Shown piece after piece: positions 9,568-19,161 of a stretch of 64,000 bases of DNA. Source of the DNA: Polyangiaceae bacterium (GTDB lineage: Bacteria > Myxococcota_A > Polyangia > Polyangiales > Polyangiaceae). Every line of letters starts with the position of its first letter. Position 1 is the first letter of the stretch. Position numbers and translations under genes: made by a program. Below the pieces are notes generated by a model. The model searched no databases. It saw nothing but the letters and a program-made list of their open reading frames with translations, and was not told the origin of the DNA. The stretch lies in assembly GCA_050287085.1 (NCBI GenBank), contig JBNKBE010000002.1, forward strand, positions 64,001 through 128,000, in the 5' to 3' direction.

Positions 9568-10323
9568 GTGAGTCGAACGGTCATCATCGGCGACGTACAC
9601 GGCTGTATCGACGAGCTCCGTGAATTGCTCGATTGCATTGGCTATTGTTCTTCGGATCGCTTGGTTTTTGCGGGCGACATGATCGCCCGCGGTCCGGGTT
9701 CCTGCGAGGTCCTCGATCTCTTTGAGCAGACGGCGGCTTGTGGCGTGCTGGGGAATCACGAGTTTCGCATGCTTGCAGTGCGCCAGGCCCATCGTGAAGG
9801 AAGACCGCCCCCGAAGCTCGGACCGGCGCATCTGCAGCTGCTCGGCGAGCTGGAAGAGCGCCACTGGCGGATGATGGAAGCGCTGCCACTGTCGTTGGAG
9901 CTGGAGTCCCATGGCGTCCGGGTCGTGCATGCCGGGATCTGTCCCTCGCTCGCGTTTGAGCAGCAGGATCCCTGGACTCTGCTTCACATTCGGACGCTGC
10001 GCCCAGATGGTTCCGCGGCCTCCAGTGCCGGATTCTTGCCCTGGGCCAGTGCGTATGTGGGTGAGCCGCACATCGTCTTTGGACACAACTCGCGACAGGC
10101 CTTGCAGCTTCACCCCTGCGCTACCGGGCTCGACACCGCGTGCGTGTACGGGGGCGAGCTCACCGCGCTGGTGTTGTCGGAGCAAGAGTGGGTAGAGCCC
10201 GACCCGAGCGAACGACATCGGCAGCTCTATTCGGTAACAGCGCGAGCGCGTTATTACCTCGGGCTCACCGGGGCGCCGGAAGGGGTGCGCGCGCGGTGGG
10301 AGCTCTCAAGCGGACGGCCCTAG
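9568..10323 (+). CDS. Metallophosphoesterase (ApaH/PrpE-like, PPP family)
   Basis: GDVHG, GDMIARG, GNHE, VHAG, FGH and LDTACVYGG motifs. Confidence 0.9.
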   Translation: MSRTVIIGDVHGCIDELRELLDCIGYCSSDRLVFAGDMIARGPGSCEVLDLFEQTAACGVLGNHEFRMLAVRQAHREGRPPPKLGPAHLQLLGELEERHWRMMEALPLSLELESHGVRVVHAGICPSLAFEQQDPWTLLHIRTLRPDGSAASSAGFLPWASAYVGEPHIVFGHNSRQALQLHPCATGLDTACVYGGELTALVLSEQEWVEPDPSERHRQLYSVTARARYYLGLTGAPEGVRARWELSSGRP

Positions 10324-10391
10324 CGGGTTGGGCGTATTCGGGTACTCGAGACCGCGCGAAGGGAGAACGGTCTCGGCCAGAAGCTGGGCGC

Positions 10392-11336
10392 TTACGGGGA
10401 AAGCACTGGAGCTGTGGCGCCTATGACGTGACGGGCAGCGCGCAGAGCTCTGAGCTGGTGGCAAAGGATCGCAGGCGTGAGTGTCTTGCCGGAGTCGCGC
10501 AGCACCCGCGCTAGCTGTTGCCGGACACTTTCAAGCGCACGCGCGTCGCCAAAGCCCACGTCCGAAAAGGCCGCCAGCATCTCGAGCCTGGCAGCGGCGG
10601 TGAGCGCCGTGTCTTCGTTGGGGGGTTCACCCAAGCGGCCCAAGGTGCGTCGGAGCAGAAGGTCTGTGCGCTGGCTGAGCACCAGCGGCGCGGCGCGGAT
10701 GACGGCTTGCGCCAGGTGTAGGACGAGCGCTGGGTTCGCATCTTCCGGTCGCGAAAGGGTCTGCAGCGCCCGCTCCAGAGCGTGTGCGAGCCGATTGCTG
10801 AGCAACTCCGGGGTTGCCGTGGTGGCCACAGGGCTTTCTGAACGTCCTGCCAGTTGCCCCAGCGCGTCGAGGGCATAGGCTTGATCGGCCAGAGTCGTGG
10901 CTCTGAGCTCTGACGGATCTGGCGGCGCGCTGGCCTTCGCCTCGGACAAGGCGAGTTGCAGCGCGAGCTCCGGGTGGTGCATGGGTTCCAACGTGGTCAA
11001 CCAGCTGAGCTCACCGCCGCGCAACTCCGCCGCGAGCGTGGTCTTGGCCTGGTCGGGCGCGTGTGGTCCCAGTCCGCGCACCTGCCACCAGGCGAGCTCT
11101 GCGATGCGACTGTCCAGGGCGCGAAGCTGTGCTTCGGTCTGACGTATCGCGTGGTCCAGGGCCTGGCGGGTGGCTACGGTCGGTTCGGGGGCTCCGACCA
11201 CGTTCGATTGCGGCGATGGGTTGGCGGGGGGCCGGCTCGGGTCGCTGCGCCGGAGACCCATCCACACGCCGAACGAGACAAGCCCTAGGAGGGTGACGAC
11301 CTGCCAGAGGCGGAAAGAGGAGGACGAAGGCGACAT
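10392..11336 (-). CDS. Hypothetical membrane-anchored helical protein (start moved to MSPSSS)
   Basis: N-terminal TM helix, then coiled-coil and Ala/Leu-rich helices. The longer start would overlap rsmE. Confidence 0.6.
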   Translation of the reverse strand: MSPSSSSFRLWQVVTLLGLVSFGVWMGLRRSDPSRPPANPSPQSNVVGAPEPTVATRQALDHAIRQTEAQLRALDSRIAELAWWQVRGLGPHAPDQAKTTLAAELRGGELSWLTTLEPMHHPELALQLALSEAKASAPPDPSELRATTLADQAYALDALGQLAGRSESPVATTATPELLSNRLAHALERALQTLSRPEDANPALVLHLAQAVIRAAPLVLSQRTDLLLRRTLGRLGEPPNEDTALTAAARLEMLAAFSDVGFGDARALESVRQQLARVLRDSGKTLTPAILCHQLRALRAARHVIGATAPVLSP

Positions 11337-11422
11337 GATGTGCTCGAGAAAAGTGGTCAGCACCGCGGCGGCCGCTGCACGTGGCGGTTGCGCTTCGGCC
11401 TCAGCTGTCATAGCAGCGGCAC

Positions 11423-12166
11423 GTGGGCAAGCTACTACGCGTCCCCGTTCTGGGCCTAAGAAGCGGAACTCTTCCTTTGGAGCCTGCGACACGCAACTAC
11501 GTTACGCGCGTGCATCGCCGGCGTGAGGGGGACCCGCTGCTTGCCTTTGATGCGGAAGCGTGCACGGAGGCGCGGGCGACCTTGGCGGAGGGCGGACGAG
11601 CCATCGTGGTCGCAGCAGACGCCATTCAGGCCGGAACGCGACCTGGCAACGGGCAAGTGTGGCTATTTCAGGGCTATGGCAAAGGCAGCAAGCTCGATCT
11701 TGTTGTGCGCGAGGTAACAGCCCTGGGGGCGGGTCACGTGCAACCCGTGGTTTGCGAACGCTCCGTGGCACGCCCGGAGGCGCCTTCGAGGGCGCAAAAG
11801 CGGGCGGAGCGCTTGCGCAGTGTCGCGCTCGAGGCGGCTCGTCAATGCGAGCGGAGCGATATTCCGGAGATATTACCCCCCACGGCTTTTCCAAAGGCCC
11901 TGGAGCGAGCGGCAACCCTCGAGCATCTCGTGCTGTCGCCCCACGGCGTGGGCGAACCTTTGCTCGAAGCGCTGCCGCAAGGCATTGGGATGCGGGGGAT
12001 TGCACTCTGGGTGGGGCCGGAAGGCGGTTTTGCGCCGCAGGAGCTCGGCGCATTGCAGGCCGCTGGCGCGAGGCTCATCTCCCTTGGTCCTTGGGTGCTG
12101 CGCACCGAGACCGCAGCCAGTGCCGCTGTTGCGCTGGCGATGGCTGCGCTAGCGACTCGTTCCTAG
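11423..12166 (+). CDS. rsmE: 16S rRNA m3U1498 methyltransferase RsmE
   Basis: EAARQCER, VGPEGGF and SLGPWVLRTETA SPOUT motifs. Confidence 0.95.
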   Translation: MGKLLRVPVLGLRSGTLPLEPATRNYVTRVHRRREGDPLLAFDAEACTEARATLAEGGRAIVVAADAIQAGTRPGNGQVWLFQGYGKGSKLDLVVREVTALGAGHVQPVVCERSVARPEAPSRAQKRAERLRSVALEAARQCERSDIPEILPPTAFPKALERAATLEHLVLSPHGVGEPLLEALPQGIGMRGIALWVGPEGGFAPQELGALQAAGARLISLGPWVLRTETAASAAVALAMAALATRS

Positions 12167-12240
12167 AAGTGGAAGTGCCCAAAACCGCGTCGGCGGCGCT
12201 GGGCATGGCATCCAAGTTGGAGTGACGCCCCTCTTATGTC

Positions 12241-12284
12241 CTGTGCTTAGCCTTGGGCGGTGCTGTGTTTAGCCTTGGGCGGCG
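12241..12284. repeat. 22-bp tandem duplication (2 copies, 2 mismatches) spanning the stop codon of the lyase gene
   Basis: CTGTGCTTAGCCTTGGGCGGTG followed by CTGTGTTTAGCCTTGGGCGGCG. Confidence 0.85.
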
Positions 12285-14053
12285 CGCCGTGAGCGTCTTT
12301 GCCACGCGAGGGCGGCACCCAATGTGAGCCAGAGCAGGGCCAGAGGGTGGGTCTCACCTTTTAGCCCAAGCGTGGAGCAGGAACAGCCCGCTGACGGATC
12401 GACGTTGGTGGTGTTGTCGCTGGCAGCGGGTAGGGCCCCGCCTGCGCTATCAGCCGCACCGGCGCTACCGGCCGCAGCGGGAGCGCCGCCTTCACCGGTG
12501 CCGCCGCTCGAACCCGGCGCCGCCGCGGGCTGACCCCCCGTTGTAGCGCCGCCGGCGCCCGCGTTGGGGGCTTGCACCGGGGGGCCCGCACCGTCCATTC
12601 CGCCCGTTTCGGAAGGCGTCGCGGGGCTGCCGCCGGGGTCACCGCTGCCGGCGGCGCCGCCCACGTTGCCCTCTCCGCCCTCGCCCGCTTGTCCAGCGTC
12701 CCCACCGTCGCCGCCTGCGCCGCCTGCGCCGGCGGTGGGTTCAGCAGGAGGTGTTAGTTCCGGCCCCGACTCGAAGGCTCCCAGATCAGGGGCGTCGCCG
12801 TTGTAGTTGAGGCCTACGTCGACGCCGCTATCGATCAGGTTGCTGCTCGCCGAAAGATGCAGAAAGGTCAGCACCGGCAGCCTGCCGTCGTTTCGGCGCG
12901 GACCGTCGGCGCCGTTGCTATCCAAAGAGGTGAAGTCCGCTGCGGAGGGGGCAGCGGGTCTATCCCAGGAGTTGTATTGCGAGTCGTCCGGCGTTGAGTT
13001 GGACAATGCGCCGCCGCGCCCGAAAGCGATGTTGTTGCGCAGCACGTGGCGCGCTTCACCGACGTCGTCCAACATGTCGTAGTTTCGAGGATTGTCGTAG
13101 GCCGTGTTGTTGTAGAAGCGCAGGGCACCAGGGTGGTGATTGGCGTAGAAGCCCTGCGTGCGGTTGTTCCAGGCCACGCAGCGATGCACTTCGTGTACGG
13201 GTAGGTCCGCAGGAAAGCGGCTCGAGTCCAGGCCGAAGCCACCTGACTTGAAGCCTGCGCCATTGCCCGCAGCGTTTTCTGTGTCTGGTATCCATCCGTT
13301 GCGCCACGCCCACGAGTCTTCGACCAAGCAGCTACCTGGGGCGTTGATGAAGTCGTAGCCGTCGTCGCTATTCTCCCAAGCGCGGCAGCCGCTGAGGATG
13401 TTGTTGCCCCCCGTGGAGTGGCAGCCGAAGCCGTCCCCGCTGCCGCCGCTTTCGAGAACGTCGTAGTTGTGATGAGAATCGCAGTTCAAAACATGATTGT
13501 CACTGCCGCTTGTGATGAAGACTCCGGGCGCTTCGTTGTGGTGGACGTTGAGCTGCTCCAGGACGTTATGACTGCCGCGAATGCGCACGCCCCAGGAGTC
13601 CTCACCGTCTCGGAACTGTCTTACGCCCGTGACTTCCATGCCGCGGATGTGCAGGTAGTCCGCCGTGATGTCGAAGCCCGTGATCCGCGCGGTGGGTGCG
13701 ACGGCGCTGAGATCGAAGTGCGGTGCTTCTCCGGCTACCGCGAAATAGCGGATCGGCTTACCCATCTGGCCGCTCTTGCTGAAGGCAACCCCAACGGTAC
13801 CACTGCTGAAGGCATAGGTGCCTCCGTGGACCCATACGGTGTCGCCTGGGGCGGCCGCTTGCTGCGCCCGGGTCAGGGAAGCAAACGGTGCCGCTTCCGT
13901 GCCAGCGGCCTCGTCGCTCCCGTCCGCCGAAACATAGTATTCAGCCGCGGTTGCGGTGGCCGTCCAGCTGAGCCACGAAAGACAAGGCACAACCCAAGCC
14001 CAACTTGGGCGGAAAGGTGACGGCCGGAGGGAGATGAGGCGGGGCCAGAACAT
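12269..14053 (-). CDS. Secreted right-handed beta-helix polysaccharide lyase (PL9/Pel9A-like) with MYXO-CTERM anchor
   Basis: Signal peptide; YYVS..G.D...GT...PF, GDTVWVHGGTY, GDGF, NSDDGYD, GNGAGFKSG, APDLGAFE; G/A/P linker; GCSC + TM + RRSRR tail. Confidence 0.85.
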   Translation of the reverse strand: MFWPRLISLRPSPFRPSWAWVVPCLSWLSWTATATAAEYYVSADGSDEAAGTEAAPFASLTRAQQAAAPGDTVWVHGGTYAFSSGTVGVAFSKSGQMGKPIRYFAVAGEAPHFDLSAVAPTARITGFDITADYLHIRGMEVTGVRQFRDGEDSWGVRIRGSHNVLEQLNVHHNEAPGVFITSGSDNHVLNCDSHHNYDVLESGGSGDGFGCHSTGGNNILSGCRAWENSDDGYDFINAPGSCLVEDSWAWRNGWIPDTENAAGNGAGFKSGGFGLDSSRFPADLPVHEVHRCVAWNNRTQGFYANHHPGALRFYNNTAYDNPRNYDMLDDVGEARHVLRNNIAFGRGGALSNSTPDDSQYNSWDRPAAPSAADFTSLDSNGADGPRRNDGRLPVLTFLHLSASSNLIDSGVDVGLNYNGDAPDLGAFESGPELTPPAEPTAGAGGAGGDGGDAGQAGEGGEGNVGGAAGSGDPGGSPATPSETGGMDGAGPPVQAPNAGAGGATTGGQPAAAPGSSGGTGEGGAPAAAGSAGAADSAGGALPAASDNTTNVDPSAGCSCSTLGLKGETHPLALLWLTLGAALAWQRRSRRAAQG

Positions 14054-14135
14054 GTTGGCTCCACCTTAGCAGCGGCGGCGGCCGGGAGCTAGCGTCCGAC
14101 TCGGCCCGGGCTTGAGCAGCCCTTTGGGAGCCCCC

Positions 14136-14759
14136 CTACGCGAGAGCCGGACGGCGCGCGACGAGATCGATGAGCGCCGAACGTCCCTTATGCCCGTCGC
14201 CTTCGTGCAGTTCGCGGTCGTAGGCTTCTAGTCGCAGGATGTGCCAGTCGCTGAAGGCCCCATGCAGCAATGGGCGAGTGTATAGCTGCTCTTCGACAGG
14301 TGGTCCGCCGGTCTTGTACTCCAGCTGCTTGGGCGTGTAGCCGTGAAGAAGAACCAAGCCACCCGGACGCACCGCTTGTTTGATGCCGGCGAAGATCTCC
14401 TGACGAAGCGCCGGGGGAGCAAATTGAATGAAGACCGCAACGATCGCGTCGAACTCGCCGTTAGGCCATGACCAACCTGCCAGGTCGAGCACACGAAAGT
14501 CCACGTGCACGCCGCGCTCATTGGCCAAGCGCCTGGCTTTGGCGACTCCGGCGCTCGCGATATCAGTCGCCAGCACATCATGCCCCTGTTCGGCGAGGAA
14601 TACCGAGTTGCGTCCCTCACCGTCCGCGGGCACGAGCACGCGGGAATGGGGTTGCAACAAGCCCGCTTGCTCCGCAACGAACGCAGCCGGCTCAGTACCA
14701 AATACGTACGCCTCACGCTCGAAGCGACCGTTCCAAAACTCTTCGTCAGGACTGGGCAT
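14136..14759 (-). CDS. Class I SAM-dependent methyltransferase (TehB-like)
   Basis: FWNGRF...YVFGTEP, ADGEGRNSVFLA and PGGLVLLHGY. Confidence 0.9.
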   Translation of the reverse strand: MPSPDEEFWNGRFEREAYVFGTEPAAFVAEQAGLLQPHSRVLVPADGEGRNSVFLAEQGHDVLATDIASAGVAKARRLANERGVHVDFRVLDLAGWSWPNGEFDAIVAVFIQFAPPALRQEIFAGIKQAVRPGGLVLLHGYTPKQLEYKTGGPPVEEQLYTRPLLHGAFSDWHILRLEAYDRELHEGDGHKGRSALIDLVARRPALA

Positions 14760-14849
14760 GAGGGGCCTTTGACATGAGGGAATTGCGTTTGGGGGCGATG
14801 CCGCCTTCCGACAAGCCCCTGGGCATGCCGATTTGAGCCATGGCCACGG

Positions 14850-16019
14850 CTACTGACAGGGGGAGCCGCGGAAAACCGCGTCGCAACCGTCTTCTTTCCC
14901 GCTTGCGAGAATCGAGACCGCTTGGTGTATTCGGCACTGCACGACCTTGAGCTTGTCCGGTTCATTCACAGCGTAGCCGCTATTGCGAGCGGCGCCGTCC
15001 CATGATTCACATTCGAGCTGACACGCATCGTCATCGGCGAAGGTGTTGTCATAGGTCGCTTCACAAGCGACCCTCGCCAGCCGACAATAAGACTCGCAGT
15101 TCCCGCTAGGGCCGTCAGCCTCCGCGCCGCCGCAGTGGCCATCACCCGCAGGGCCGGCGTGCGGACAGTGGACCTTTGCTGCCCCAAGTGCGTTGTAAGC
15201 GTGATAGTGCCGGCACCCCACCGTGTTGGCGTTGGTGTCCGAAGCTTTTCCGGGGCTCAGCGCATTGCACGCCGCCATGCAGGCGTCGCGGTCTTCATAG
15301 ACCGCGTTCGCTCCCTCGCAAGAGGCCATGACCGTGGTGCAGTAGTCTTCGCAGGCGGGCGTCTCGTCGCTATTGTTGCACTTCTCTGGTGAGCCAACAC
15401 GTGCGTGAATGCAATGGCTCGTGTCTCCCAGGACAGCGGCTTCAAGATGAACGAGCCGACATTGTACGGTATCACCGTAGTAGTTGTCCTTCAGGCTGTA
15501 GCCGCCGTGATCGGGGACGGCGGCACATTGGCGTTGGCATTCGTCGAGCGCCAGCTTCGGTTCGCAAAGCGGAACGTAGAGCGCACAATACGCATTGCAC
15601 GGATCGTCGCACTTCACGGAGTCAGCGGGTGATTCACGGCCGGCCGGACCCGCCACAAGGCAGATTCCGGGGCCTTCGACCCCAACGCGCGCATTGCGCG
15701 CCCGACACTGCAGCGGGGCGTCGTCGTCTGAAGAGCTGGTCTCGGCTTCTGACTGTTCCAGCAGGGCGCACACCGCCTCGCAGGAAGCCTGCGTGGAATA
15801 GGCGGCGTCGTCTCCTTCGCAGTTTTGAGCCAACGAAGTGCAGTAGTCCTGGCACAACTCCGAAGGTGCCATGTCGTCGGCTGTGCCTGCGTCCAGATCC
15901 GCTGTGGGGCTATCGTCGTCCGGGGCGGCGAGTTTCGGATCGAAGTTCCGATCGGGCACGCACGACGCGACCAGTGCGAGCAGGCCTACGCCCACCACTT
16001 TCGAGGCTATTGTCTTCAC
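14850..16019 (-). CDS. Cys/His-rich repeat lipoprotein
   Basis: Lipobox LVASC and four ~80-aa CxxYC repeats. The GTG start directly abuts the upstream stop. Confidence 0.85.
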   Translation of the reverse strand: MKTIASKVVGVGLLALVASCVPDRNFDPKLAAPDDDSPTADLDAGTADDMAPSELCQDYCTSLAQNCEGDDAAYSTQASCEAVCALLEQSEAETSSSDDDAPLQCRARNARVGVEGPGICLVAGPAGRESPADSVKCDDPCNAYCALYVPLCEPKLALDECQRQCAAVPDHGGYSLKDNYYGDTVQCRLVHLEAAVLGDTSHCIHARVGSPEKCNNSDETPACEDYCTTVMASCEGANAVYEDRDACMAACNALSPGKASDTNANTVGCRHYHAYNALGAAKVHCPHAGPAGDGHCGGAEADGPSGNCESYCRLARVACEATYDNTFADDDACQLECESWDGAARNSGYAVNEPDKLKVVQCRIHQAVSILASGKEDGCDAVFRGSPCQ

Positions 16020-17063
16020 CTAGAACGCCCCTCGGTAGTTGAGTCCCATGAACCTTGGATTGGCTTCTAGCGTTAGAGCGTCAGCGGTGGATTCTTCGTC
16101 GTCTGTCAGAACGTACAACAGCGCGCTGGTGGCGAGGCATACGCCGCCTGTCGCAAAGCCGATGACGGATAGTAGCTGCATGCTTTGCGCTCGATTTGAC
16201 AACGTTTCGCCTTGGCGATCGAAACAGCGGTTGTTCACGCAATACTCTTTTGCTTGGTCGTCCAGGTTGTGGGCGCGCAGCGACAAGAGGACGCCAGCGC
16301 TGACGCTGAGCAGTCCCACTCCGCCCAGAATCCAACTCGGGGCATGATTGACCCCGTGCCGGATGGGAGGCGGCGGGGCGGGGCTTGTTGTTTCCGGCGG
16401 ACTGGAAGTGACAGGTGCCGAGGCAGGCTCGGGAACGACGTTGGCTACTAGTGGGGGAACTATCACCTCGGTTTCCTGTGGCGTGTTCTCGATGACAATC
16501 GACTGCTCCCAACGTTGATACCCAGGCGCTTCCGCAACCAGGGTATGAGGGCCGGGATCGACGGGCGTCGGAACCCCCAGCAGCGCTCGAGGCACGGGCA
16601 CGCCGTCGCTTGTCAGCGTTAGGTCGGCAACGGCTTCGTCAGCGACCCGTATAGTGAGGCGAGCGAGCAGCGGTTCAAGCCGCTTGGCGCGCGCTTCACC
16701 GATCTCAGCGCGCTCGCTTTGACGCAGCTCGCGAGCCAGTGAGGAGGCTTCTCGAAAGGTCACCCAGGCGCTGGCGCTTCGTCCCGTCCGTTCGTAACAC
16801 TCGGCCAGGTACAGCAAAGTGCCGACGGCTGGGTCGACGCGTTGACTCTGCTCGAAACTGCGACAGGCGCCCTTCAAGTCGTTGGCCTCGAGCTGCTTGA
16901 GTCCCTTGTCGAATAGCGTTTCTGCGGCGGCCTTTTCGGCCGTCGTACGCTGCGCGTGCGCCGCGGCCGAAAGGGTTAGCCCCAGCGCCACCAAGAGTCC
17001 GGCGGCGCTACGACGTCTGGCCTTGGAGCTCGCACCACGGCCAATGGCCAAACCGATCACCAT
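16020..17063 (-). CDS. TPR + PEGA-like protein with C-terminal hydrophobic segments
   Basis: Signal peptide ending AHA-Q, TPR (AETLFDKG...LLYLAECYE), PEGA-like VDPGPHTLVAEAPGY, C-terminal YRGAF. Start set at MVIG to avoid overlap with the kinase. Confidence 0.8.
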   Translation of the reverse strand: MVIGLAIGRGASSKARRRSAAGLLVALGLTLSAAAHAQRTTAEKAAAETLFDKGLKQLEANDLKGACRSFEQSQRVDPAVGTLLYLAECYERTGRSASAWVTFREASSLARELRQSERAEIGEARAKRLEPLLARLTIRVADEAVADLTLTSDGVPVPRALLGVPTPVDPGPHTLVAEAPGYQRWEQSIVIENTPQETEVIVPPLVANVVPEPASAPVTSSPPETTSPAPPPPIRHGVNHAPSWILGGVGLLSVSAGVLLSLRAHNLDDQAKEYCVNNRCFDRQGETLSNRAQSMQLLSVIGFATGGVCLATSALLYVLTDDEESTADALTLEANPRFMGLNYRGAF

Positions 17064-17194
17064 GGGCGCAAGGCTAGCCAAAACCCCTGCAAACGTCACG
17101 CGTCGCCCCAGTGGAAAGCGAGGCGGCGACACTCCGAACAACGATCCGGCCGAGTTCGGGTCGTGCTGCTCCCAGAAATCGTCCTCAGTGGTCC

Positions 17195-18811
17195 TCAGCG
17201 ACGGCCACCAAAATGCGTGAAACCGGCTGACGCCTTGGTCGAGGCGGGCGCCGTAGCGGGCGTTGCCGGCGACGCGGGGGATGGAGCCACGGTGGACGCG
17301 GGTGACGTGGTCTTCCAACGTGGGGGCGCCTTCGCGACGGGCCGTGCCGGCGGCGGCTCAGGTGGGCGGGGCGCTATTGGCGCTGCGCGGGGGGGAGGCT
17401 CAGCAGTGCTGGCCACCGACTCCGTGTCCTCGGCGGCAACCCCTTCAGTGGCGGGGGGGGCTGAGTCGACGACCGGGAGCACCGAGGGTTCAGCGGACGG
17501 CGCGGTTGCCTTCGAGGGCGCATCAGACGGGGCGCTGGCGGGAGACGGGGCGCTGGCGGGCACCTCGAACGCCGGAGCCACCTCTGGCTCTTCCCCGTTG
17601 GCCTTCGCCCCGGAGGCGATCCCGCTTGCTGCGAGCTGTTGTTTGGGGGTGGGGTTCACGAAGAAGAGTCCTGCCGCGGCCACGGCGACGACTCCGACGG
17701 CGCCAAGTATCAGCGGCGCCTTGCGTCGCTGGCTCGTCGGGGTGGTGTTCCCCCACGAGGCCATCGTGCCTTGGCCGCCCCCTTGTGCGCCCGACCGCTG
17801 ACCTGACATCGCCTCCACCGAGATCGGCAGGGAGAGGTCCGTTTCTGCTCCTGCCCCGGAAGGCAGCTCTGAACGTCCCGCGGTCAACGTGGAACTCGAC
17901 GGTTGCCCCAGAATACGCTCCACCCGCTCCGCGCTGGCGGGGCCGCCAGCGGTGAGCGGTCCGAGGGCCAGCGCGAGCTTTGCGACGGTGCGAAAGCGCG
18001 TCTCGCGCGGCGCCAGACAACGGTCCACGATGGCGTCCGGCTCGGGTCCAAGTTCCGGGCAGAAATCCGCGATCCGCTGTCTTTCACCCGTGAGCACCGC
18101 GCGTACTAGTTGCGGCAGCGACTCGCCCTGGAATGGCACCTGACCCGTTACCAGCTCGAAGAAGATGACGCCAAGTGACCAGATATCCGCTTGCTGATCG
18201 GCGTGTTTTGCCGACTCCAGCTGCTCGGGGGACATGTACAGCGGAGAGCCGACCATCGCGCGCGTCCGAGTCAAGGAAAGCTGGTCGCCGTTGGAGTCCC
18301 CGAGCAGGCTCTTCGAGATTCCAAAATCGAGCACCTTCAGGCAGTCCGAGCCGTCAGGGCGGCGGGTCAGAAAGAGGTTTGCGGGCTTGAGATCCCGATG
18401 AACGATACCCATTGCGTGGGCTGAGGCGATGGCTTCGCAGGCGTGCAGCATCAGCCGGGTGGCCTCCGCGACCGGAAGGCGACCGCGTTGCTGCAGCACG
18501 CGCGAGAGATCAGCGCCGTCCAGGAACTCCATCACCATGAAAGGCACGCCGCCCTCCATCGTACCGACGTCCAGCACGCGCGCGACGTGTTCGCTCCGGA
18601 TCTTGACCGCGGCGCGGGCTTCCCTTCGGAAACGCTCTGACGCCTCGACGTTCTCCGCCAGGCTCGGGAGCAAGAACTTCATCGCCACCGGCTGGTCCAA
18701 TTCGACGTGGCGTGCCGCGACCACGACACCCATGCCCCCGTGCCCGAGGATACGCTCAACCCGATACTTGTCGGCCAATATCTGACCGGGTTCCACGGGA
18801 CATTCCAGCAT
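17195..18811 (-). CDS. Hanks-type Ser/Thr protein kinase with TM helix and Pro/Ala-rich tail
   Basis: GHGGMG, VAMK, HRDLKPANL, DFG, YMSPEQ and DIWSLG motifs, then a TM helix. Confidence 0.95.
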   Translation of the reverse strand: MLECPVEPGQILADKYRVERILGHGGMGVVVAARHVELDQPVAMKFLLPSLAENVEASERFRREARAAVKIRSEHVARVLDVGTMEGGVPFMVMEFLDGADLSRVLQQRGRLPVAEATRLMLHACEAIASAHAMGIVHRDLKPANLFLTRRPDGSDCLKVLDFGISKSLLGDSNGDQLSLTRTRAMVGSPLYMSPEQLESAKHADQQADIWSLGVIFFELVTGQVPFQGESLPQLVRAVLTGERQRIADFCPELGPEPDAIVDRCLAPRETRFRTVAKLALALGPLTAGGPASAERVERILGQPSSSTLTAGRSELPSGAGAETDLSLPISVEAMSGQRSGAQGGGQGTMASWGNTTPTSQRRKAPLILGAVGVVAVAAAGLFFVNPTPKQQLAASGIASGAKANGEEPEVAPAFEVPASAPSPASAPSDAPSKATAPSAEPSVLPVVDSAPPATEGVAAEDTESVASTAEPPPRAAPIAPRPPEPPPARPVAKAPPRWKTTSPASTVAPSPASPATPATAPASTKASAGFTHFGGRR

Positions 18812-19121
18812 GGCTCACGTCTTAGCGTGCTGGTCCCGCGTCGGCCATGATTGCCTTGTTCTCCTGGGGCATTTTTTGTCGCGCTTGGGTGTGCCCGACG
18901 CCCAGTGGGAGCAGCAGGCCTACATCAGTCGTCCTGCGTGCGGTCCGCCGCAGTTGATGGGACGGGGCCGCCTTGGGACCGCTCCTCGGCCAGAAATTAG
19001 GCCTGAGTGGGAGGTGCGGCTGGGCGCCGTGACCCAGTAGGCACTGAACAATGCTTCATGTAGGCGCTTGGCTGTCTTGTAAGTATTCGAAATTACGGAA
19101 ACTTCATCAAGTGCTCAGATG

Positions 19122-19150
19122 TTGACACCGGGCCGGTGCAGGCGTAGCTT
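19122..19150 (+). promoter_or_regulatory. Sigma70-type promoter of the dcw operon
   Basis: TTGACA (19122-19127), 17-nt spacer, TAGCTT (19145-19150). Confidence 0.8.
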
Positions 19151-19161
19151 CGGGTCGCCCA

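Noticed and set aside
17525..17558. Short duplication in the kinase tail (ASAPSP/ASAPSD)
   Set aside because: Ordinary low-complexity linker expansion.
18810..19040. 76-aa ORF between the kinase gene and mraZ
   Set aside because: Overlaps the kinase start and promoter region and has no protein-like features.
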